From the NCBI GenBank assembly GCA_001777055.1, contig MFCX01000032.1:1-41358 (forward strand): a DNA stretch of 41,358 nt, in the 5' to 3' direction. Below the pieces are notes generated by a model. That model saw only the letters and a program-made list of their open reading frames with translations. It did no database searches and was not told the DNA's origin. How positions within the stretch are numbered: position 1 is the first letter of the stretch; every line of letters starts with the position of its first letter. The position numbers were made by a program, and so were the translations under genes. This stretch comes from Candidatus Daviesbacteria bacterium RIFCSPHIGHO2_02_FULL_39_12. GTDB taxonomy: Bacteria > Patescibacteriota > Microgenomatia > Daviesbacterales > UBA10151. Positions 8,049 through 17,259 of the stretch are shown here, piece by piece.

Positions 8049-9266
8049 ATGAAAATTTTGACAAAAATGGATGTTAAATTAGCGCTTATTGCCATTTTAA
8101 CCTTTCTTTTGGGCTGGCAACTGGGGCATCGTGACATCCAAATAAAATGGGCAAAATTTAATCCGACGGTTTCTGTTGTAAATCGCGATGTGCCTAAAAA
8201 TATTGATATAGACTTTAAATTATTTTGGGATACCTGGGATTTGCTTTCTAAAAACTATATTGATAAGACAGCCCTGAATCCGGAAAAGTTATTTTACGGG
8301 GCAATTTTCGGCATGGTAGCGGCAGTAGGCGATCCTTACACAGTTTTTCTGCCTCCTGATCAGCAAAAATCTTCCCAAGAAGAATTAAGCGGCAGTTTCG
8401 AGGGAGTAGGCATCCAGCTTGGTTTTAATAAAGAGAAAAGATTGGTGGTTATCGCACCGCTTGAGGGAACGCCGGCAAAAGCAGCCGGGATTAAACCCCA
8501 GGATATGATTGTCAAGATAGACGAAAAAGATACCGCCGGGATGAGTTTGCCGGAAGCTGTCAAGCTGATCAGAGGAGACAAACGCACAAAGGTTAATTTA
8601 ACAATCCTCCGGGGTGAAGATACAGAGACAAAATCTTATACTTTAATCCGCGATACAATTATCGTAAAAAGCGTTGAAGCAAGTTTTAAGAACACAAAGA
8701 ACGATAAGAGCGTAGCTGTGATTAAACTGTCCCGCTTCGGTGAGAAGACCAGTGATGAGTGGGCTCAGGCTGTTTCTGAAATAACTGACAAAGGGGTGAA
8801 CGGTATTATTTTGGATATGAGGAACAACCCGGGAGGTTTTTTGGAAGGGGCTGTTTTTATTGCTTCGGAATTTTTAGACGGAGGCGATGTGGTTTTACAG
8901 GAAAATAATCAGGGTCAAAGGACGCCTTTTAAGGTTAACAGGGAGGGGAAATTGACAAAAATCCCCTTGGCGGTTTTAATTAACAAGGGTTCAGCTTCGG
9001 CATCGGAGATTGTGGCGGGAGCTTTGCAGGATCGCAGGCGGGGTACTTTGATCGGGGAAAAATCATTTGGCAAAGGTACTATCCAGGAAGCGCAGGATTT
9101 GTCTGAAGGGACAGGGATTCATATTACCGTGGCCAAATGGCTGACTCCCAACGGCAGGTGGGTTAATGACACTTTAGGTCTTGAGCCGGATGTTACAATA
9201 GAAATGGATAAAAATGATGAAAGTAAGGATTTGCAGTTGGAAAAGGCGCTGGAACTACTGGACTAA
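8049..9266 (+). CDS. carboxyl-terminal processing protease (peptidase S41) with PDZ domain, membrane anchored
   Basis: N-terminal TM segment. PDZ region GVGIQLG...VIAPLEGTPAKAAGIKPQDMIVKID. S41 catalytic region LINKGSASASEIVAGALQD...GEKSFGKGT. Confidence 0.9.
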   Translation: MKILTKMDVKLALIAILTFLLGWQLGHRDIQIKWAKFNPTVSVVNRDVPKNIDIDFKLFWDTWDLLSKNYIDKTALNPEKLFYGAIFGMVAAVGDPYTVFLPPDQQKSSQEELSGSFEGVGIQLGFNKEKRLVVIAPLEGTPAKAAGIKPQDMIVKIDEKDTAGMSLPEAVKLIRGDKRTKVNLTILRGEDTETKSYTLIRDTIIVKSVEASFKNTKNDKSVAVIKLSRFGEKTSDEWAQAVSEITDKGVNGIILDMRNNPGGFLEGAVFIASEFLDGGDVVLQENNQGQRTPFKVNREGKLTKIPLAVLINKGSASASEIVAGALQDRRRGTLIGEKSFGKGTIQEAQDLSEGTGIHITVAKWLTPNGRWVNDTLGLEPDVTIEMDKNDESKDLQLEKALELLD

Positions 9267-10396
9267 TGGATTATTCTAATTTAAAATTACCAAAACCGAA
9301 TATTTCAGGGATACTGCTAGCAATTGCAGCAGGAGTAGTTGTGGCAGTTGGGCTCTACCAGGCTCAAGTTAGAGGTTTGATACCTTCGGCAAATATCAAT
9401 CTGCCAAAAATTCAAAATCAGGAAACCAGGACTATTTTGAAAGAAGAAAACGCCATAGTGGCAGTAGTTGACAAAGTCTCTTCTTCTGTGGTGGCAATTG
9501 GAGTTTCCAGAAGGGTGATAAATCCGTTTGATCCGTTTGCTCTCCCCAGAAAGGAAGATTCAACAATCGGCACAGGGTTTGTGGTATCTGATAACGGGAT
9601 GATTGTCACAAATAAACATGTAGTGTCCGATACTGATGTGAAATATACAGTGGTGACCAAGGACGGGCAAAAATACGAAACACAAAGAATATACCGCGAT
9701 CCGGTATTGGATTTGGCTTTGGTGCAAATTAAGGCTTTGGGTTTAAAGCCGCTGGAACTGGGGGATTCCAGCAAGTTACAGGTTGGGCAGACTGCTATTG
9801 CCATAGGCAATGCCTTGGGCAGGTTTACCAATACCGTGACTACCGGAGTGGTATCCGGTTTGGGCAGAAGGGTGGTGGCAGGCGATCCTTTTTCCGGCGC
9901 TGCAGAGAGTTTGGATAATTTAATACAAACTGATGCGGCTATTAATCCCGGCAATTCAGGCGGGCCTTTGCTTAACAGCGCGGGGCAAGTAATTGGCTTG
10001 AATGTGGCTACCACTGAGGGGGCGCAAAATATCGGTTTTGCCATACCTTCCAATATAATTAAGCCGATTATTGATGAATTTCTTTCTAAAGGGTCAGTCT
10101 CCAGGCCCTTCATGGGAATACAATACAGGTTTATTTCCAAGGATGTGGCTATTTTAAATGAAGTGCCCCAGGGAGCCTATATACAGGATTTAGTAGAGGG
10201 GGGGCCTGCCCAAAAAGCAGGGGTGGAGGCAGGGGATATTATAACTAAAATTAATGGCCAGACAGTTGATTCGGAAAATAAAATATCGGAGATTGTGTCT
10301 AAAAGTAATATCGGTCAAAGATTGGATTTGGATATTTGGCGGGACGGTAAAACCTTAAGTATTCAAGTGATATTAAGTGATTTGCCTTCAGAATAG
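9266..10396 (+). CDS. HtrA/DegP-family serine protease (S1C) with one PDZ domain
   Basis: Catalytic contexts TNKHVV, DLALVQI and NPGNSGGPLLN. C-terminal PDZ GGPAQKAGVEAGDIITKINGQ. N-terminal TM segment. The start overlaps the upstream stop (TAATG). Confidence 0.9.
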   Translation: MDYSNLKLPKPNISGILLAIAAGVVVAVGLYQAQVRGLIPSANINLPKIQNQETRTILKEENAIVAVVDKVSSSVVAIGVSRRVINPFDPFALPRKEDSTIGTGFVVSDNGMIVTNKHVVSDTDVKYTVVTKDGQKYETQRIYRDPVLDLALVQIKALGLKPLELGDSSKLQVGQTAIAIGNALGRFTNTVTTGVVSGLGRRVVAGDPFSGAAESLDNLIQTDAAINPGNSGGPLLNSAGQVIGLNVATTEGAQNIGFAIPSNIIKPIIDEFLSKGSVSRPFMGIQYRFISKDVAILNEVPQGAYIQDLVEGGPAQKAGVEAGDIITKINGQTVDSENKISEIVSKSNIGQRLDLDIWRDGKTLSIQVILSDLPSE

Positions 10397-10401
10397 TATT
10401 T

Positions 10402-11229
10402 TCAGAATAGTATTTTTAAAATCCTTTGCTTTTTGGCAAGATCAGTTTTAACTTCTACTTGAGCATCGGGGAAATATTTTAGAGCTTCGTTTATAGCCAA
10501 TTCTCCGTGAGTATAGTCAATTTCACCAACCAATAGCTTTAGGCTCAAAAGGGGACGCCTTGCAAGGCTAGAAATTTGCTTGAGGAGTTTACGGTAGAGT
10601 TCAAAGCCATCTTCGCCGCCATCTAAGGCAACACGGGGCTCAAAGTCTTTGACAGAAGATTCTAAATAAGGAATTCTAGAGGAGGGAATATAAGGTAAAT
10701 TAGTAACAATAATTATCTCCTCCTCGTTATTGCGAGCGAACCGAGTCTGACTCGGGAGCGTGGCCCGCTTCGCCCGTCTTTGACGAGGCTTCGTCTGCGA
10801 AGCGAGGCGAGCAATCTTGTTTGGATTTGTTTCTGAGCTAGATTGCTTCACTTCGTTCGCAATGACGGATAAAAGATCACTTTGGAGGAATTGGATTTGG
10901 TTCTCTACTCCATGAAGTTTGGCATTTTGTTTGGCAATTTTTAAAGCTTTTGGGGAAATATCTGTGGCAATTATCCTTAGGCGTGGAGCTAGTAAACCCC
11001 TGGGGTTAGTAATAAGGTTTTTGGCTATGGAGATAGCGATGTTGCCGGAGCCGGTGCCGAGATCAATCAGGGTATAGGGTATAGGGTATAGGGTATAGAA
11101 TTTTAACACCTCATCTACTAAAAGCTCTGTTTCCGGGCGGGGGATTAAGACATCAGGGGTGACTTTAAACTTTAGTTTATAGAATTCTATCCAGCCTTTA
11201 ATGTATTGAGAGGGCTTGGATGATGTCAT
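10402..11229 (-). CDS. prmC: release factor glutamine N5-methyltransferase PrmC (short form, with repeat-derived insert)
   Basis: SAM motif [14 protein letters not shown] and substrate motif VTNLPYIP (NPPY-type). It lies directly downstream of prfA and overlaps it by 32 nt. Confidence 0.85.
   Translation of the reverse strand: MTSSKPSQYIKGWIEFYKLKFKVTPDVLIPRPETELLVDEVLKFYTLYPIPYTLIDLGTGSGNIAISIAKNLITNPRGLLAPRLRIIATDISPKALKIAKQNAKLHGVENQIQFLQSDLLSVIANEVKQSSSETNPNKIARLASQTKPRQRRAKRATLPSQTRFARNNEEEIIIVTNLPYIPSSRIPYLESSVKDFEPRVALDGGEDGFELYRKLLKQISSLARRPLLSLKLLVGEIDYTHGELAINEALKYFPDAQVEVKTDLAKKQRILKILF
10725..10867. repeat. GC-rich palindromic repeat units inserted in frame in prmC
   Basis: Inverted ends CGTTATTGCGAGCGAA (10725-10740) and TTCGTTCGCAATGACG (10852-10867) match 14/16 as reverse complement. 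The interior is rich in GCGAAG/CTTCGC. The unit GTCATTGCGA..CGAAG..GCAATC is shared with pepN 25091-25122. Confidence 0.7.
11070..11097. repeat. tandem heptamer GGGTATA x4 inside prmC
   Basis: Four perfect 7-nt units, read directly. On the minus strand they encode YPIPYTL just N-terminal of SAM motif I. Confidence 0.9.
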
Positions 11230-12130
11230 CTAAATCTCCTTCTAAAATCCTATCCAGATTATGCCAGGATTTGCCAATTCGGTGATCCGTTACCCTGTTT
11301 TGAGGAAAATTGTATGTTCTGATTTTTTCTGATCTTTCACCGGTTCCAACCTGTAAAGCTCTTTGTGCTTCTATGTTACCAACCTTTTTTTGCTGTTCAA
11401 TCTCCCAAAGTTTGGCTCGAAGCAAAGCAAAGGCATTTTCCCTGTTTTGCAGTTGGGATCTTTCTGTCTGGCAGGTAACTACAATTCCTGTTGGAATATG
11501 CTTTAATCTGACAGCTGTTGAGACTTTATTAACGTTTTGTCCTCCTGCCCCGCCTGATCTGAAGGCCTCAAATTCTATTTCAGCAGGATTAATGCTGATT
11601 TGGGTTTCTGTTACCTGAGGAAGTACGACTACAGTGGCGGTTGAAGTATGAATCCTGCCTGAGGATTCAGTAACCGGGACTCTTTGCACTCTATGCACAC
11701 CTGATTCAGCCTTGAAAGACGGGTAGGCATTATTACCCTTTATCTTAATAATTACTTCTTTGATTTGGCCTAATTTACCCTCTGATCTGTCTAATTCCTC
11801 TACAGCCCATTTTTTACTTTCGGCATATTTGGCATACATCTTTAGTAAATCCCCCGCAAAAAGACCGGCTTCGTCCCCGCCAGCTGCAGAACGGATTTCC
11901 AAAATAGCGATGCTAGGATTGACTCCATCTTGGTCCACCTCGAAGGTGCCAACGTAATCCACCTTCGAGGTGTCTCCCGTCGCTGATTGCTCAAGCTCCT
12001 GCTTCTGTTTTTCCAGTTCTGCAATTTCTTCAGCTGCCAGTTGCGCCATTTCCGGATCTTCCAGTAAGGGTTTTATTTCCTTGATTCTGGTGTTAATTTC
12101 ATCAATTTGTTGTTGTAAATAGTCGTTCAT
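11198..12130 (-). CDS. prfA: peptide chain release factor 1 (short, 310 aa)
   Basis: GGQ motif [11 protein letters not shown]. The PxT tripeptide anticodon is present as PVT ([10 protein letters not shown]), which is RF1-type. Confidence 0.92.
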   Translation of the reverse strand: MNDYLQQQIDEINTRIKEIKPLLEDPEMAQLAAEEIAELEKQKQELEQSATGDTSKVDYVGTFEVDQDGVNPSIAILEIRSAAGGDEAGLFAGDLLKMYAKYAESKKWAVEELDRSEGKLGQIKEVIIKIKGNNAYPSFKAESGVHRVQRVPVTESSGRIHTSTATVVVLPQVTETQISINPAEIEFEAFRSGGAGGQNVNKVSTAVRLKHIPTGIVVTCQTERSQLQNRENAFALLRAKLWEIEQQKKVGNIEAQRALQVGTGERSEKIRTYNFPQNRVTDHRIGKSWHNLDRILEGDLDDIIQALSIH

Positions 12131-12172
12131 AGCTAGAGATCCTTCGGCTTCGCCTCAGGATGACATGTGTAT

Positions 12173-12499
12173 CTAAGAAGGGATTTGTTTGCGGGTCTGC
12201 ATGAGTAAGTCTTTCAAAGAAGGTCTCTCAGTTTTCTTTTGTGTTACTTTGGATTTTCTAGCTTCCAAAATGCTTCTTCTTTCCTCTTGTTTGGCCTTTG
12301 AAGTCTCCATCTTTTTAACGAATCTGTCCACCTGACCTAAAGTATCAACAAATTTTTGCGCTCCGGTATAAAAAGGATGGCAGTTTGAGCAAAGTTCCAC
12401 TCTAATTGCCGGCACTGTTGAGCCGGTAGTGAAAGAGTTGCCGCAGGCACAGGTTACTTTGGCCTCCGGATACCAAGTTGGATGAATATTTGCTTTCAT
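12173..12499 (-). CDS. rpmE: 50S ribosomal protein L31 with Lys-rich C-terminal extension
   Basis: [23 protein letters not shown]...[10 protein letters not shown] is the L31 zinc-ribbon core. Confidence 0.9.
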   Translation of the reverse strand: MKANIHPTWYPEAKVTCACGNSFTTGSTVPAIRVELCSNCHPFYTGAQKFVDTLGQVDRFVKKMETSKAKQEERRSILEARKSKVTQKKTERPSLKDLLMQTRKQIPS

Positions 12500-12542
12500 G
12501 TAAAGGATAGTATAGCAAAATTAAGTTCAAAATTCAAACACT

Positions 12543-13478
12543 TTACACCCTATGAGCCTTGTGGCGGTGGTGGATTTGCTTGGCTAAAGTGCCAATGTAT
12601 AGTCCTACGACTATGAATACAGCTCCGATAGTAAAGGAGGTGGATATTTGTTCTTCTAAAATGGCGATAGCAAGGAAGGTAGCTATGAAGGGTTCTATGT
12701 ACTGGAATAAATCTGCAGCTATAATGCCTACTTTGGACAGGCCCCATTCGAACAGGAAGTAGGCAGAGATAGAGGAGAGTAAGGTGATATAAGAAAGGCC
12801 TAATAAACCTAAGACTGTAACCTTCGAAGGCCAACCTGGATCTTCAAGATATTCCAAAGCAGCTGGTATAAACATTACCATTGTTGAAACCATAAAAGCA
12901 ATAGCAGTGATAATCAAGGTTGGATATTTATGAGAGATTTGCTTGGAAATGGTAGCTCCGATTACCCAGGAAAGTGAGGCTAAAACTATTAGAGTATTAC
13001 CGGTTAAGGTTTCCGGAGAAAAATTGCCGGATAAAATTTGCGGCAGACCAATAATTATCATTGCTCCGGCCAAACTTAATGTAATTCCCACCAGATTAAT
13101 TACCAGGATTTTTTCCTTTAAAAACCACCAGCCGGAAAGGACGGAAAAAACAGGAATGACCAATGTTAGCAGTGAGGCATTAATGGCAGTGGTTTTCTGA
13201 ATACCTTCAAAGAAAAAGGCAATATTTAAAGAGGTAATAAAGACGCCTATCGCCACAAGCTTTGGTAAATCTTTTTTGTCAATTTTAACTTTCTTGGTTT
13301 GGGATAAGAAAAATGGGGCTAAAAAAAGAGAGGCTAAGGCAAATCTTAAAAAAGCCAAACTCATAGGAGGGAATTCCTGTAAAGTTACCTTAGCCACCAC
13401 AAAATTTGCTCCCCAGATAATGTGAGCAAGAATTAGGGCTAAATAGGGTAATGGAGTTTTTAGAATCTGTGAAGACAT
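12543..13478 (-). CDS. EamA/DMT-family transporter
   Basis: About 10 hydrophobic segments arranged as two EamA-like halves. The N-terminus ILAHIIWGANFVVAK is typical of the family. Confidence 0.8.
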   Translation of the reverse strand: MSSQILKTPLPYLALILAHIIWGANFVVAKVTLQEFPPMSLAFLRFALASLFLAPFFLSQTKKVKIDKKDLPKLVAIGVFITSLNIAFFFEGIQKTTAINASLLTLVIPVFSVLSGWWFLKEKILVINLVGITLSLAGAMIIIGLPQILSGNFSPETLTGNTLIVLASLSWVIGATISKQISHKYPTLIITAIAFMVSTMVMFIPAALEYLEDPGWPSKVTVLGLLGLSYITLLSSISAYFLFEWGLSKVGIIAADLFQYIEPFIATFLAIAILEEQISTSFTIGAVFIVVGLYIGTLAKQIHHRHKAHRV

Positions 13479-13513
13479 TAGTAAGTATAGTGTAGCATGA
13501 TACTTTATACTAT

Positions 13514-14707
13514 TTACGATGTCAGTTTAGAGATTGCTTCGTCAATTGAAAGTACCTCTTGAGTCTTATTTGTAAGATTTTTCAAGGTGACTACATTTTT
13601 GGCTGCTTCCTCAGGTCCTATGATTATTACATAGGGAATTCCTTTTTGATCGGCATATTTAAGTTGTTTTTCTAACTTTGTATTGGGATCAAGCCAACTT
13701 TCTGTATTTATATTGGCTTGTCTAAGGGAAGTTAGGGTGGTTAGGGAGGTTGGGAAAAGATCGGGAGAAAATACTGTCACCAAAACTTTGGTGGTAGTTA
13801 AATCTTTGGGGAATAAGTTTTGCCCATCCATTGCTTCAATGAGGCGGTCAAAGCCAAAAGCAAAACCAACAGCCGGAATTTGTTTACCGGCAAACATGCC
13901 AATTAAGTTATCGAACCTGCCGCCGCCACAAACTGACCCGGCCTCATAACCCTCAATTTCTGCCTCAAAGATTAATCCTGTGTAATAGTCTAAGCCTCTA
14001 GCTAATGTTGAATCAAACACAACCCGACAGTCGTTAACTATTTTTGTAATCTGTTTAAGTTTCTCTGTTAGGCTTTTATTTAATATCTCATTTAGTGATG
14101 AGGCAGGAAGACCTTTCTTTTTTAGCTCCTCCAATACTGCCTCTTTGCCAATCTTTTTTAACTTGTCGATAGTTACTATGGCAGATGGGTTAATTTCAGT
14201 AAAATTATTTCTGTCATTGATTAACACTTTAAATTTGTTAAAGCCTAAACTCTCTAAAGATTTAATAACTACCTGAATAATTTCCGCATCAGCCAGGGAA
14301 GAGCTTAAGCCGACTGTGTCTATATCACATTGTAAAAATTCCCGGAAACGCCCTTTTTGAGGGTTTTCAGCCCGCCAGACTGGTTGAATCTGATATCTTT
14401 TAAAAGGGATGGGGAGTTGGTTTTGGTACTGGGCTACAACTCTTGATAAGGGTACAGTTTGATCATACCTTAAGGCTACTTTTCTACCACCGTTATCAGT
14501 AAACCTATACATTAATTTATCGCCCTCTTCCCCATATTTACCGAGTAATACTTCCTCATACTCCAAAGCAGGAGTTTCCAAGGGCTCAAAGCCAAAGGAT
14601 TCAAAAACTGCTTTGAGCTTATTTATGGCATACTGACGTTTTCGCTGTTGGGCCGGCAAAAAATCCCTAAACCCCTTTAATGTCTGCGCTTTAATGTTTT
14701 TGTCCAT
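13514..14707 (-). CDS. hisS: histidine--tRNA ligase
   Basis: TLKGFRDFLP, ALRYDQTVPLSRV and GRFREFLQCDIDTVG are class II HisRS motifs. The C-terminal anticodon-binding domain is present. Confidence 0.93.
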   Translation of the reverse strand: MDKNIKAQTLKGFRDFLPAQQRKRQYAINKLKAVFESFGFEPLETPALEYEEVLLGKYGEEGDKLMYRFTDNGGRKVALRYDQTVPLSRVVAQYQNQLPIPFKRYQIQPVWRAENPQKGRFREFLQCDIDTVGLSSSLADAEIIQVVIKSLESLGFNKFKVLINDRNNFTEINPSAIVTIDKLKKIGKEAVLEELKKKGLPASSLNEILNKSLTEKLKQITKIVNDCRVVFDSTLARGLDYYTGLIFEAEIEGYEAGSVCGGGRFDNLIGMFAGKQIPAVGFAFGFDRLIEAMDGQNLFPKDLTTTKVLVTVFSPDLFPTSLTTLTSLRQANINTESWLDPNTKLEKQLKYADQKGIPYVIIIGPEEAAKNVVTLKNLTNKTQEVLSIDEAISKLTS

Positions 14708-14749
14708 TTTTTTTACTCCTTTATCATAGCATGAGCAGGTTACTAAATT

Positions 14750-15022
14750 TTAAGATATTGCATAAGGTGGGTTTGATAGTTGCCACTCTTGCCCATAAAT
14801 TACCCTCATCATTCTATTTACTTCAGGATCATCTAGGTTTGGATAAACCTTCTCCACTGTTTCTAAAACCGCATCCCTAGCTCCTTTCTCAAGCAATTTG
14901 CCTACCCATTGATCTACTTTAGTCTTGGAAATAAGAACTTTTGCAGCACCCCTGGCAATAGTTAGATCTGCCAGACTGATAGGTTCCGAATAGGGGATAT
15001 CATCTCTAACGCCTAATTTCAA
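14750..15022 (-). CDS. hypothetical ORF (90 aa), TTG start only; possibly a gene remnant
   Basis: The reading frame stays open upstream of the TTG with no ATG. It lies in a low-density region. Confidence 0.3.
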   Translation of the reverse strand: MKLGVRDDIPYSEPISLADLTIARGAAKVLISKTKVDQWVGKLLEKGARDAVLETVEKVYPNLDDPEVNRMMRVIYGQEWQLSNPPYAIS

Positions 15023-15569
15023 CCTACAAAAACTAAACCCAAGCTCCTTGACGAGGATTAGTGGCGACTTTGGTTTTCCAACATCGTCTGTTAAATTTTA
15101 CAGTTTAACTTCTGGTCCGCATTTTGGCGGACAGCTTGTGAATCGTGACTTCACTCAAACGCTTTTGAAATATTTAATTGTAATAATAGTATATCACAAA
15201 AAATTTGTTTGTCAAATTGCTATGGGGTAATCAGGTGTTGCACTTCGTTTACGAATTAGACTGATGATTTAATAGAGGTAATTACAGAACACGCGCAAGG
15301 TGATCAAGACAGTTTTGAGGAGGCATTTAACTCCAGAAGCTGGACAAAAAGAGTGCAGGAGATATTCAGTTGTGCTTCGATAAGGAACTATGACATTGAT
15401 CCTGATTCTTTAGAATTGACTGGTTTAGCGTTACTTTCTTTCTTAAGAGTGCAATTTGATAGGGATACCAATCATAGATTTCTGGTTGTTTTTGGGTTTG
15501 CCAATGATTTGGGTGAGGAAAGCAGAAGTTGCTACGCATGGCAGGAGGCGGGAAAAACCAAGAGTTAAA

Positions 15570-15977
15570 CTACCTCCCAGGTGGATTATCAGGAAATGGG
15601 ATTATATTTTGTTGGTGAGGCAATCTATTAATAACGTGTGTCAGGAATCCGCCTTGTTGCAGCAGTGGTTCTCCAAGTGCGCTGGCAACGCGTCTTGCAA
15701 TCATAGTGCCTGTAGCAAAAGGTAATTCAAAATAATCAGTGTAATATGTGCCGTTGCTTCTTTGGTCTGGGTTTGCTTGTTTAGTGAGTCTTCGGATATC
15801 TTGCCAATTCAGTCCTGGCTTTGGTATATAACATATCATCATCTTTGATCCAGAGAAAAAGGTAGCTTCTGCTAAAGCGGGAGTTTTACCCTTTCTGACC
15901 AGATCTTCTATAATCTCAGGTTGAGATAAGCTCTCTGCAGTTAAGTTTGGAAATTGTTCGTGTTCGACTGTGCTCAT
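15570..15977 (-). CDS. hypothetical protein (135 aa)
   Basis: ATG-initiated ORF. No motif recognised. Confidence 0.5.
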   Translation of the reverse strand: MSTVEHEQFPNLTAESLSQPEIIEDLVRKGKTPALAEATFFSGSKMMICYIPKPGLNWQDIRRLTKQANPDQRSNGTYYTDYFELPFATGTMIARRVASALGEPLLQQGGFLTHVINRLPHQQNIIPFPDNPPGR

Positions 15978-16176
15978 TATACTCTAATTTTTGTTCTCAA
16001 ATTATATCCGGAGCTGTCATGTTTTTCAAGTCACTTGCAGGCTGAGTTATTTACTCCCAATGAACGTAATGGAGTGGATTAGGGAGAAGTGGGGTTTGAG
16101 GTGAGGGAGCTTTGGGAGGCTCTAAACTGAATTTATTATATATTATTGGGATATTATGGTATAGTAATCAGTGGTT

Positions 16177-17259
16177 ATGAAGATTGTTATCTTTGCAGGC
16201 GGAGTGGGTACCAGACTCTGGCCGCTTTCCAGAAAAAACACCCCTAAACAGTTTGAAAAAATTATCGGTGATCAATCTACTTTGCAACTGGCTGTCCAAA
16301 AGCTTTTCCCGGATTTTTCCTGGGAAGATGTATACATTTCCACTAATGAACAGTATAAAAAGATTATCGAGGATCAACTGCCAAAACTGCCTAAAGACAA
16401 CATTATCACAGAGCCGGCTTTAAGAGATGTTGGTCCGGCAGTAGGTTTGGCTGTGGCAAACTTTATGAAAACTTCCCCCAATGAGCCAATGGCAATACTT
16501 TGGGGAGATCATTTAATCAGGAAAGAAGATGTTTTTAGAAATGCTCTTAAAGCAGCTGAAAAATTAGTAGAAAAAGATCCGGAGAAAATTGTTTTTATAG
16601 GTCAAAAACCTAGATTTGCTAGTCAAAACCTGGGTTATATTGAGTTTAATTCCGAGGCAGAAAAGACTGATGGATTTCCAGTTTATGGATTTTCCGGCTT
16701 TGAGTATAGACCTCACTTATCAACTGCAGAAAGATTCTTAAAGGATGGTAAGCATAGTTGGAATTTAGGATACTTTGTGGCTACACCAACATTTCTTTGG
16801 AAGTTATTTGAGCAATTTGCCCCTAAACTTTTTGTTGATTTACAAAAAATCAGTGAAAGTGTAGGCGCTAAAGAATATAATCAAGTTTTACAAGCAGTTT
16901 ACCCTCAAATAGAAAAAATTTCATTTGATAACGCGATTTTAGAGAAATTAAAGAAAGAAAATGGGTTGGTAATTTCCGTGGATATAGGCTGGTCTGACAT
17001 TGGAGCTTGGGAAGCCTTAAAAGAAGCCCTGGCAGGATCTGATGATGAGAATGTAGTCAAAGGCAACGTGGAACTTTTGGATTCTAAAGACAGCTTGGCT
17101 TTTAATTACAATGGTCAACTGCTAGTTGGAATTGATCTTGCAGGGATGCTTGTTATTAATACAGAGGATGTATTGTTGGTTTGCCCCAAGTCCTCGGTGC
17201 CTAAAATTAAAAAATATGTGGAAAGTTTGGCAGGCGGGCCAAACGAAAAGTTTACTTAG
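16177..17259 (+). CDS. mannose-1-phosphate guanylyltransferase-like nucleotidyltransferase
   Basis: MKIVIFAGGVGTRLWPLSR is the sugar-nucleotidyltransferase glycine loop. The length and WSDIGAW motif fit ManC/CpsB-type enzymes without the PMI domain. I prefer the ATG at 16177 over the GTG at 16171. Confidence 0.85.
   Translation: MKIVIFAGGVGTRLWPLSRKNTPKQFEKIIGDQSTLQLAVQKLFPDFSWEDVYISTNEQYKKIIEDQLPKLPKDNIITEPALRDVGPAVGLAVANFMKTSPNEPMAILWGDHLIRKEDVFRNALKAAEKLVEKDPEKIVFIGQKPRFASQNLGYIEFNSEAEKTDGFPVYGFSGFEYRPHLSTAERFLKDGKHSWNLGYFVATPTFLWKLFEQFAPKLFVDLQKISESVGAKEYNQVLQAVYPQIEKISFDNAILEKLKKENGLVISVDIGWSDIGAWEALKEALAGSDDENVVKGNVELLDSKDSLAFNYNGQLLVGIDLAGMLVINTEDVLLVCPKSSVPKIKKYVESLAGGPNEKFT

Noticed and set aside
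15353-15725. Plus-strand ORFs 15353-15568 and 15456-15725.
   Set aside because: They overlap each other and the better-supported minus-strand ORF 15570-15977. There are no start-site signals.
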